Source: Amphiscolops sp. MND2022 (taxonomy: Eukaryota). From it: a DNA stretch of 64,000 nucleotides. Position 1 is the first letter of the stretch. Each line of letters starts with the position of its first letter. A program made the translations under genes and the position numbers. The stretch is from assembly GCA_964187785.1 (NCBI GenBank), contig OZ076409.1, forward strand, positions 60,514,001 through 60,578,000, in the 5' to 3' direction. The notes under the pieces were generated by a model. The model made no database searches, was not told where the DNA came from, and worked only from the letters and a program-made list of their open reading frames with translations. Positions 1 to 10,309 of the stretch are shown one piece after another.

Positions 1-101
1 GCCAATCTCGGCTGTGTTTCGTTTTCAATGACGTCATTTTCATTCCTTTTGCTGCTGCTACATTCGTCATTGTTCGTGTTGCTGCTTTTATTTTCGGTGA
101 C

Positions 102-3100
102 TTAATATCCCACTCCGCCGCTTGCGGCGTCATTCGGTAGGCGCGTGGCCGTGTGCGGCCAATCATCTTTTCTCGGCTCAAACAGCTCGTACTCAAAGTC
201 CGCATCCCATGAGATGGTGTATAGATCATCTTGCGGTATTATTATTGATTCGTCAGGCTGTAATTTCTCTTCCTTGTACTTGTCCTCTAGTGGGCCATTT
301 GGAACAATTTTTTTGAGCCTGATACGATGTAAGATTTGTGTCTTATTCGTATTTAAATGACGCACTATATAATTGTTGATTGGTAAGACCTTTTGAACAA
401 CAAAGGGACCAGTCCAACTGAAGTCCCTAAATGGAATTTTAGAGCCTTGAGTATCCGCTTTCGGTTAGAGCACAAAACAGAAGTCTTTTTCTTGTAGTGA
501 AGCCGCTTTGGCCTTTCGGTCATAGTATTCTTTGTATTTTAAATAGGACTGCATAATATTCTTCTTCGTCTAATCAATAAGGATTTGCGTCCTCTGCTGC
601 AGTTCTTCCGCAAAATCGGTTGTCGGTAGGAAATTTTTATTGGGAATATTTCCTAATTTATGATCAAGGACATTGTAGATAATTCGGCCGTGAAAAACTT
701 TGCTAGGCTCACAACCAATACTAGAGTGATAAGTAGTGTTATAGTTGAGCACAGCTAATGGCAAATATTTGAGCCATTGAGGTCGATATTCCCCTGAGGC
801 CATTTTCAAATTAGTTTTCAGAGAAGCAAGTGTCTTTTCGAGTTTGCCGATAGTTTGCGGGTGCTTGGTAGTTGCGCATTTTAGTGTAATTCCCAATATT
901 TCAGTGATTTCCTCTAAGATCTTTGAGGTAAATGCGGACCCCTTGTCCGTGATGAGGGTTGTCGGTAAATACGAATGTTTCGTCATAATATCAATTATTA
1001 CCTTCGCTACATTTGCGGCTGTTGCCTCAATTAGCGGATAGGCAAATAGATATCTTGAGAATACATCTATTGCTGTCATCACTGTTTGGTATCCGCCCCT
1101 AGTTGGTAAATTTGGTAGTAAATCGATTTGCATGGCATCTTCTGGGCCTAGGTCCCATTCGGGCAAATTCAGTAGTTCGGGTGTGATTACCGTGTTGGGG
1201 ACCCTTTTGTCCTTGGCACATGTTTCGCAGCCTTCTATCCATTTTTTGACATGTTTTGCTATTCCGGGGTAGTAATATTTTTGGCGAATTTCATGTAGCA
1301 TTTTAGAAATGCCCGGGTGGCGATGTGCCGTGCCATGTATTGCTTGTAATAGTTCTTTGAGTAAATGTTTCGGCAATAAAATTTGGTGATATTTGACTTG
1401 TCCGGTTTCGTCGTAGTACTGCCGCGTCACTATTTCGTCTTTGAGGACTTTTCGGTCTTTGTTGTTCAAATAGTATTTGTACCTAATATCCTGTTGAAGG
1501 ATTTCTTCAGAGTATTCTTCTTTTTGAAGTTTCGCCTTCAATTGGAGCAAAATCGGGTCTCGAGACTGTTCAAGCAGTATCTGATTCATTCTTCGCAATT
1601 TTGTGTGAAGTTAGTGATTTCCTCTACCGTATTTCCTGAGATAGCGTCAATTTGAATTACAGTCTCAGGGACCATAAGTCCTCTTTTGGATTGCAGCTTC
1701 CAGTCCCAAATTTGTTGTTCTGTTTCATTGTCTTCTTCAGAAAAAAAATTTGTTTTTCTTCGGATACCCCTGCTGATTGGACATTGACCTCGATCGGTCG
1801 GGTTTCGACGTCCTCACGTATTTTCAGAACTAACTTTTCAGTAGGGACATTTCCATACGGGACAGGTAGTCCGCTGCTGTGTTGTTTTTGCCTGGAATGT
1901 GAGCTATGACAAAGTTGAACTGAATGACAAAATCACAGGCATTCCAGAGCGGCGGTGGGATTATTTTCGTCTGGAAGAACCTCCTGACCGATTTGTTATC
2001 TGTGAGAATAATCACGGGTGGAGGGGTTCCCCAGAAAATGTGTCCAAATTCCTTGAATGCGTAGTATATAGCTAGAAATTCCTTTGCACATATCGACATT
2101 TTGAGTTGTGAAGGGGTAAGAGTTTTGGATCCATATGCAATTGGCGCATAGGACTTTTTAACAGAAGTGTATTTCTGATTTGGGTCGTCGTCTTCGGTCA
2201 GTATGGCGTAACCGGCTGCCGTAAAACTTGCGTCAGTCATGAAGACTAGTTGTTTGTTGGGCAGAGGTTGTTTCAATGCTTATTGACTGCATCTTACTAA
2301 GTCTCGGTTGATCTCGTTAAATTGCTCAACTAGCTCTTGAGTTACTAAGACCTTTTCGTCTTTTTTGAGTAATTGGAAGAAAGGAACTAGTTTTTCGGAT
2401 AATCTTGGTATATATTTCCTGTAATAGTTGAGGAAACCAAGATAGCGTTGTAGGGCCTTCTTGGACTTTGGGAATTTTGTCTTTTCCAAGAAGTTAGTAA
2501 TTCTCTTTTTTTGGGGTTTTACACCTTCAGGTGTTATGGTTCTCCCAAGAAAGTCGATTTCAGTAGCGCCAAAGTGGCACTTGTGCATGGACAATTTCAA
2601 TCCTGCTTCTCTGATACATTGGAATGTTGCTCTTAAATTGACGATGAGTTGGTTAGCGTCTGTCGCTGCGACGCCGATATCATCTACATATTGAGCACAT
2701 TGGTCTGCTTTGATAACGCGATCCAGGTATTCCCTCATGAAACTGGAGAAGGCCGACAGGGCTCGACTGAGTCCTTGGGCCAATCTCCTATAGGCAAACG
2801 TCCTGCTCGCAAAGTTAAAGGCTAGCATTTCAATAGATTTCTGGTCCGCCATGGGGAGGCAATGGTAAGTTTTGGAACAGTCGAGTTTTCAAAAAAGTTT
2901 CTTGCCGGCCATATGTTGCGCCGCGTCCGTCAAGGTGCTGACTGGGTGGTTGTTATTGACGTAGTCATCCGAAATCAGATTATTGATTTTTCTCAAATCC
3001 TCCAACAGTCTCAGTTTTCCGTTAGGTTTTTTCTGCGCGAATATTGGACTGGCGTACTTTGAGAATGGTAGTGTTGTTATAATCCCATATTTATGAAGTA

Positions 3101-4835
3101 ACGCCAGTTCGACCAATTTGTCCTCTTTGAGGTTGACCGAGGTAGGTAGGCTCTGACTGTAAGCAGGCGACTCGTCCTTTGGGGTCAGTTTGACCGTAAA
3201 TTACTCGTTGACGCCAATGTCAAATTTATAGCGTGCGAAAATATCATGAAAGTCTACTAGTAAAGTTTCTATTTGTCTGATTTCATTTTGTTGTAGCATT
3301 GAGTCTTTCCAGTCAAAATTGCTAAGGAATTTTCGACGGGATTCCGCATCGTCATGCGGGTTGAGTTGCTCTAAATTTTGCAGGTTTCGTAATTCTTTGA
3401 GAATTCTTTGTTGTATTGGGGTATGGGTCATTTCATCCCCTGGGTTTTCAGGCGTCGGGAACCAATATTGTTCGTTTTGGTCGTTATTTCTATTAGCTTT
3501 AAGAAGGCTGCTGATATAATAAATAGCGTCTTCTTCGTTTTCATTCAGTAAATGCCATGTGGACACTGGGTCTTTTGGCCTGACATGTTTCATCTGTTAG
3601 GGAATCAATACTGAGAAATTTGCGATATGCATCCCTTTTTTGAGTTTATAGGGCTGGTCAGTGAAATTGTTGACGTGTATCTTCATAGCCCCTTCATGTA
3701 GTGTGACTATGGCGGCACAAAAGGTTATGTCGCCTTCTTCATGCAGAACATCGCTGTGTTGTGGTATGCCCGTAACTGCATTTTCTGCGTAGATTTGAGA
3801 TTGGATAAGTATGACTACATGGTCATTTGGTGGAAGTGTGACATCCTCAGAGTTGAGGATGGGTTCCAATACATTTGAGTATTTGTGGTCAGCCGTCTTG
3901 AGTTGCATCGAGAAGTAGGGAAAATTAAGTATACCTTGGCGCATGTCCAGGACAGTGTGGTTCCTTTGGAGGAACATCAGTCCGATTATAGGGTTAGACA
4001 ATTTTTCCATTACAATGAAGATTTCATGAAATTCTATGTGGCCCACTTCGAACTTTAGTTGGACGGTACTCTTCGGCGTTTGTAAGTCTCCATTTGCGAC
4101 CATAATTTGGAAAGACGGGGCAGGACCTTCTTTTACTATGGATTGAGGGGCCAATAGGCGTATTTTCCTGAGGTCTGCTTCCGGTATTGCACTGGAGTGG
4201 GCCCCAGTGTCAATTAGGCCGTCTAGAGTTAATTCCCCAAAATCCATTGGGAAATAGAGCATTCGTCGTTCAAATTTAAGTCCAAAGTTTGTTGAGAGGG
4301 GAACATATGATGGTTCTCCTTCTTTGGCTACTAAAAGATGTAAGAAAGCCGTTTCATCTAAAAGGCTATTAGATGCCTTGTGGTCTTCCTGTCGGTGTGT
4401 GGCGTCTACTTCTGCTATCGTTGCCTCAAAGTTCGGTTGCCAAAGATCAATAAGGGCTCGAGATAGTGTATTGTCTGGTATTGCAGGATCATCCTCGTCA
4501 TCTGTTGGAGGATAATCTTCAGTGTGAAACTGTAGGTTACTCTTGTCCTATAATTCGTCGTCCCAGTACGGATCTTTGCCATACGCGGAGTCGTAGAAGT
4601 GAGGGTTATACTCTTCGATAGTTTGTAGGGGTCTGAATTGAGTTTCGGAGTCATTGTGATTGCTATTGCGTCGATATAAGTATGGGTGGTCACTGTGGAT
4701 AATATATTGAGTTTCCAGGCGGGCGTTGTCCATCTGCTGCTGCCAGACAGTCGATGGCATTCCTGTGGTGTCGTTTTGAGTTTGTTTATAAATAATGTTT
4801 GGTGGGCCAGATATGACATATTGTCGCACCGACAT
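102..4835 (-). pseudogene. pol: Gypsy 1 pol (PR-RT-RH-IN), fragmented
   Basis: ORF pieces: 3597-4262 protease; 2889-3116 and 2280-2852 RT; 1830-2276 RNase H; 570-1598 integrase; GPF module near 400-420. Confidence 0.93.
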
Positions 4836-6552
4836 CTGGTTGGAAACTTGGAGTCGTGGCGAAATTAGTTTTTTGAATCGGCTTTACGTGAGCTTGATTG
4901 GGCTGGAGGTGTAGTTTCAGGGTTAGATGACTTCTTGGACGATTTCTGATCCCGGAGGTTTCATCTGCTTTATCTTCGGGTCGTGTCCTTTTGGGACGTA
5001 AATGTGCCCCAGCTCCTTTCCAGCACCTTTCAGCAGGGTGATTCGTTTTCTTGCAAGTGGGGCATTCTGGGTATGTTGGACGTTGGGGCTTTTTGCCGTT
5101 TTTGTCCTCCAGTTCTTTCTTCTTTTTCAATTTGGGGCAGCTCTTATAGAAGTGGCCTGTGGTTTTACAATAAGAGCATTGTGCGTCCTTGTCGGTGTTT
5201 ATTCCGTTAGACAGTAGGTTGTTACTACTAGTGGACGCAGAGGCCATTGTGGCCATTGGTAAGTCATCTGACTCTTCTAATGCATTGAATTCAAGCTCCC
5301 TTACAAGATAGGCGACAATTTCTTCGTATGTACCGTTCTCCAGGCGGGCCATGTTGACAGATGGTTTGAGTTTTGGAGGCAATTTTTCGTACAAAAAGCT
5401 GTCAATCATGCTCTTTGCATTTTCACCAAATGCCTTTTCTGCCCCCTGGTTGAGTTCCTCCAAGAAATCCGGCAGTTTCATGGTATTTGGGTCGAAAGTC
5501 AACCAATGCCATTTGTGTTTTGCCGTTGCTTGGGATTCCGGTTTAACATATTTCCTCCGGAATATGACCAGCTTACCCTCAAGTGTTTGACGGTTAATTG
5601 AGTTTATGTTCCTGAAGGTCTGCAAGGCCCCTTTCCTGAGCAAAGAACGAAAATGGTTAATTTTCATTTGCTCTGTCATGGCCGGTTGCATTTTGATTAT
5701 TGTGTGGAACAAGTCCTCAAAAAGTTCAAATTTCTCGCTTATGCCATCAAACGTCATTGGTGTGGTTTGGACTGGTCGGATGGTCATTGTTTGTGGTTTA
5801 ATTTGCAGATTGACCAGGACGTCGGCCAGTCTGTTCAATGGATCCTGTGGGGTTGCAGAAACCTCTGGTTCTGGGACTGGCAGAGTGGTATCCAAAGAGA
5901 CATTGTGGTTGGATTGCTGTCTCTCCAGGTTCGAGATTGAGTGGATTCGTCCGGTCAGAAATTCGGGAATTTGCTGTTGGGTTTCGTTAGCTCCTGTCAC
6001 CATGTAATGACCACTAGCCGTGGTGTCTCTCAAATCACCAACAGACCTTGAGTCCTTTTTTGTTATTTTTGATCTCAACCCGGATGGATTTTCCTTATTT
6101 TCCTGACTACAAGGGGACATACTGGCCTCAGTGTCCCTGTTCCCTGAAGAGGACATAGAACTCAAAATGTTCTGGATTTCAGGAATAACTCTCTCCGTGA
6201 TGGCATTACTGATATCCCTATTTATTTGACCATGCATCATGGACATCATTGAATCCATGTCTTGTGATAGTCTAAGATTCAATTCATTTGAGAAAGTCTG
6301 AAGGGATTGTCTAATGTCATTTTGCCTTGGGAGGTTATTTTCATAAGCGAAGCTAGCATACTGATTTCCCAAATGCTCATTCGACTCTACGTCTCCCTGT
6401 ACTGATGATTGTTCAATAGCATCAGCTAATTCTCTTTCAATGGGGTTGCTATTCCCATTTCCTAGCATCACGTCCATATTTTCTATATCGGACAGCATGT
6501 CTACCTCTCTAGATTTTCTAGCTTTTGCTTTCTGGCGTCTGGTAGAAGGCAT
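4786..6552 (-). CDS. gag: Gypsy 1 Gag, with a probable frameshift near the C-terminus
   Basis: 588-aa ORF with two CX2CX4HX4C knuckles (CSYCKTTGHFYKSC, CPTCKKTNHPAERC). Confidence 0.9.
   Translation of the reverse strand: MPSTRRQKAKARKSREVDMLSDIENMDVMLGNGNSNPIERELADAIEQSSVQGDVESNEHLGNQYASFAYENNLPRQNDIRQSLQTFSNELNLRLSQDMDSMMSMMHGQINRDISNAITERVIPEIQNILSSMSSSGNRDTEASMSPCSQENKENPSGLRSKITKKDSRSVGDLRDTTASGHYMVTGANETQQQIPEFLTGRIHSISNLERQQSNHNVSLDTTLPVPEPEVSATPQDPLNRLADVLVNLQIKPQTMTIRPVQTTPMTFDGISEKFELFEDLFHTIIKMQPAMTEQMKINHFRSLLRKGALQTFRNINSINRQTLEGKLVIFRRKYVKPESQATAKHKWHWLTFDPNTMKLPDFLEELNQGAEKAFGENAKSMIDSFLYEKLPPKLKPSVNMARLENGTYEEIVAYLVRELEFNALEESDDLPMATMASASTSSNNLLSNGINTDKDAQCSYCKTTGHFYKSCPKLKKKKELEDKNGKKPQRPTYPECPTCKKTNHPAERCWKGAGAHLRPKRTRPEDKADETSGIRNRPRSHLTLKLHLQPNQAHVKPIQKTNFATTPSFQPDVGATICHIWPTKHYL
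4868..4874 (-). promoter_or_regulatory. Candidate -1 ribosomal frameshift heptamer at the gag/pol junction
   Basis: Minus strand TC-AAAAAAC-TAA (X XXY YYZ form) just upstream of the first pol ORF (4548-4835). Confidence 0.55.
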
Positions 6553-6960
6553 AAGAGATTATTGCAAGAGTAAAGAATTTGAATTGGAATCTTTGGGCTT
6601 GCAAACAAAATTTTATTCGGTTATTTAACAACGAACTGACTGTGACTTCTTGTAGGATAATTATCTCTCCGGGACCACGAGTCTCGGTTATATATAATCA
6701 ACAAGCATGACGTACATAAAATTCGATGTCATCAGTCTAATTTTAGCAACAAATATTCTAAAAATAGACACGAGGGACAGCGTGTCTTTACAAATATAAT
6801 AGCGTAATCCTAATAATAGTAACTGCCATGACGTAATTGATTTACACACGTTTATACATATGTAGCAACCACGTTCATGATTGTTCATGTGGCCCTTCAG
6901 GCCGTTCAATTGAGTTTCATCAGCAACATTACATGTTAAAGCAATTCATGTTAAATTACA
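6003..6960 (-). repeat. 5' LTR of Gypsy 1 (~958 bp)
   Basis: Inverted termini TGTAAT...ATTACA; followed immediately on the minus strand by PBS-like TGGTGACAGGAG (5991-6002). The second LTR is not in the window for comparison. Confidence 0.7.
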
Positions 6961-8199
6961 TGTAACAGATGCGTATAAGGATGGTACATAGACATATGGG
7001 CTATTGTTTATGGTTTCTCATAATACAAACTGCTCATTAATTCCTCATCCAGAAGATTCTGGAAGAGAGAAGAGAAGGCGGGAAAAGGACTAAAAGTCCT
7101 TTTGTGATCTCGGTGACAGACTTTAATTAGAGTACATGTATTGCTTCTGAGATAGCACACTATTAACTCTAATGTTTGCACCGCTTTCCATTCAACTTTG
7201 GACTCAGTGTCCGCGCGCCTTTATTTGGTATAAGAATAGCGTCGGTTTGGCGGCATATGGCCTTTGAGTCCTTTAATTTAGAATACAGCACAAGAATGAA
7301 TGAGCAAGTAAATGAATAGCGCGCTGTGATTGGTTGAGAGATTGGACGTACAGCGCGTTCAGCAGGACAGGAGAGGAAACATTTGAACTCGTTTCCTCTA
7401 CCTGTACGCCTTGGTGTCCAATTTCTCAACTACTGTGCATATCTATCATAATTTTACATGTATTAATACATTAGATTCAACTTTCAAACGTATATTTTAC
7501 ATGGCAATTTCCGAATAATTATCACAAAGTGTTCCAAGTTTGATAATATAAAAGCTCCAAGTAAAATGTTATATATGTAAAATCAATCATAGCAAAATAA
7601 GTTTATAGTTCATCTTCTGTGGCTTTTGAACTGTTAGTCCTTTCTTCAATTTATTGGAAGCGTACCAGGGAGAGTACCATAGTTGTATCCGACTGAATAC
7701 CAGTTGCCATCGCAGGCGGCAGCCCGCGACACTGTATTCCCACATCTGGTTGTTTGATACCCTGGTTTTGGCCGACCGTACTAAACTCAGTAGTTTTGTT
7801 CGCTGATTACATTCGCTGTCAATGGGGACAGTGTTTTTGTCTCTAGAAAGCTCAACCGTGAATCGGTCCAATTTGTTGGCCGTAGTTACCTGTCTTTGTA
7901 TAGGGTTTTTTGCCTCGCTAGTATTTTCACTTGTTGTGTTTCTATTGTACTTTTCGATTTAATGAATAGATTGATTGGCCTTCATTTATGGTGAGTTTGA
8001 CTCGTGTTACGTTTTAGATTGTGAACAGCTCTCATTAGTTTGAAAAATTGCCAACAGCTGTGAGCTGGCTGCGAATTCCGCATTGGAGCACCTCGTCATT
8101 TTCATTGACAAAATTTTTTCGAAATAACACACACTAGGATACAAAAAAGTTGAAAAGTTGAAAACACTTGATCTTGTTAGCGAAACTTTCAACACCATG

Positions 8200-9000
8200 T
8201 TCTTGGCAAAATTTTTTGAAAGAAGACCTGTAGTACTTTCATTAAACTAACGATGAAGGTTTTCGTTTGAAATTAAGTAATATTTCTAAAAGTTACGTAC
8301 AATGTTCTTCCGTCCCTTTGTTTTCTGCGAGTTCTTTGTTATGCAACAAAAGCTCCATTTTGAATGAATGACGAAAAAATATAAACAAATTCAATGCCTT
8401 GTTTACAAATATCACGATTTTGAAGAGCGAATTTTTTATGCGTTCTTTTTTAAAGTTAACCTAGTAGTTTCACCTAAAAAGCGGAACGCATGAAAACGTT
8501 TGTGCTCTCAAAGTTTTAAATATTTGTCAACAAATGTTTCAAAACAACTTTCAACACTGCAATTCAGCTGGTTAGTCAGTCAATTTGACATTTTTATTTC
8601 GAGGCAAAGAACTTTCACACATCAAAAGTGTGAACGAAATGATTGGTAAAGACGTTTAGACTTCTTCTGAATGTTCGAAACATTCTTTTTTGAAGATTTG
8701 ATTACGTAATGAGAGGACGATTGACAGAGAAAGTGAGAGATTATCACCGTCTTGTTTGCAAACATTACGATTTTGAAGACGCAAATTTTTATGCATTCCG
8801 TTTTTATGGTTCGCCTTGTAGATTTAAGTTTCAAGTACATGTACTGTTTGAAATTGTCCTTGAAACTGATGCCGTTGTAAATGATTGACAACCAAAAAAT
8901 TAGAGAACTTTTGACATCTTGTTGAAAGATGTTCCTTTACAAATATCACGAAACTTTCACGTGTACCTTTTTTATTTTACCGAGTAGTACCTGCCAACTT
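8200..9000. repeat. Degenerate interspersed repeat made of inverted units, similar to 51580-52600
   Basis: Shared motifs such as CGGAACGCAT and ATTTGTCAACAAA...AATTCAGCT...TCAATTTGACA at ~8480-8590 and ~51860-51970. Confidence 0.55.
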
Positions 9001-9803
9001 GGCATTGATTGACAAAAAGCGATGCGATATTCAGAAGCAATTCCTGCAATGTCCTTTTTCAAACACTTCAAATGTTGAATGAGTTGAAGTTTTTTACTCT
9101 TCTGGGTTTTTAACCCTCTGTTTTTCTCCCAATTTTCGCGACGATGACCGAATCCGTGTTAATAGCTGGCATGGATGCTGGAACCAGACAAGCTCTATTG
9201 GAGAAACCAGAACTGGTCGCGCTGATTGCCCCTAACTCGGAAAGACTGGATTCCAGCTTGGGACGACTTCTCATGGGCGAACACTACCATCCAATGGTCA
9301 TATGGGACTTCGAAAGCATCAATCGCACGTAAACTATCCTCGATGTTTTCGTTCAAGCATATACCAATATAAGAATACGTAGATAGGAAGCTGAATGAGA
9401 AATTCCGTGACTTTGGCAACTTTGCAACCTCATTGCGCAACTATTTATCAGGGACCATGTCTGCATGCATGAATGTAGCAAGCATTACGTAACTTACATG
9501 CAACTATTTCGTGCTGAACAGCCTCTATGAAAATGGATTTTTACAGAGTGTGATTGTGGCTGTCATGGGTTTGAAGTCTACGAACTATTGAAAAGCGTAA
9601 TCTCCAAAAGGCTGTCGGAGAATTCTCTTGAAATTATGCATTAAACGTTGGGAAGCCCTAAGCAAAGACGAAAAAGAGTTATCATTGCTTTTTAAAGTTT
9701 TGCTGAAGTTCATTTGAATATTTAGTCGGGACAATCCGGAGTTGAAAGTTCAGAAGAAAGGTCTCATATTCTTAGTGGATGCCGACCAGCCCTTCAAACT
9801 GGG

Positions 9804-10151
9804 TAAAGAAACTGTATATTCGAATCGCCTTCGGCTAATAATACAGTCCGTTTGCAAAGAGTTTTTTGAACGCAATATTAAAACATTCAAAGACATCAGT
9901 GAATAAATCGAAACAACTTGCAAAAGATCAATATTGTTTACAAATATAATTAAACAAATTAAAGTTTCGAGATAGCAAATTATTTGAATGATATTTGAAA
10001 AATATATTTTACTATTTTCAGAAGTAGCAAATATTTGACGGTTTCGGGAATCGAACCGGTAACCTTCAAATTCCGAGTCCCATACTCTACCGACCGTGCT
10101 ACGGTCACTTAATTTTGTTTGTTTTAATTCAACCATATTTGCTTTGCAACA
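9804..10151 (-). repeat. BEL 3' LTR
   Basis: Direct repeat of 18657-19004; termini TG...TA on the minus strand. Confidence 0.95.
10036..10108 (-). other. tRNA-derived (SINE-head-like) sequence inside the BEL LTR; second copy at 18889-18961
   Basis: Minus strand shows A-box-like TAGCACGGTCGG, anticodon-loop-like CTCGGAA and B-box GGTTCGATTCC at tRNA spacing; the acceptor stem does not pair. Confidence 0.65.
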
Positions 10152-10309
10152 TCCTCCGGGCCCAAGAAGGTGTGAATGCAAAAAACTGAAAAAACTTTTT
10201 TACTATTTTTTTTCGGAAAACGGTTTACATGGAATTTTGATGTACATGTTACATTTTACTCATATTAGGCATGATTACAAGCAAGAACAAAATTGAAGAA
10301 GGTTGAAGA

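Larger units (their letters stand above)
1..6960 (-). mobile_element. Ty3/Gypsy LTR retrotransposon 1, degenerate; 3' end lies outside the window
   Basis: Minus-strand order gag (CCHC knuckles), protease (LIDTGA), RT (YVDD), RNase H (TDAS), integrase (HHCC, DDE); pol broken by stops and frameshifts. Confidence 0.95.

Noticed and set aside
6686..6960. Short ~270-bp LTR for Gypsy 1
   Set aside because: No CA end directly followed by a TGG PBS there; the 6003 boundary has both plus matching inverted termini.
10036..10108. Functional tRNA-Pro gene
   Set aside because: Acceptor and anticodon stems pair poorly; kept only as a tRNA-derived sequence.
9750..10181. Duplicated 143/156-aa ORFs (also 18609-19079) as genes
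   Set aside because: They are chance frames through the two identical BEL LTRs.
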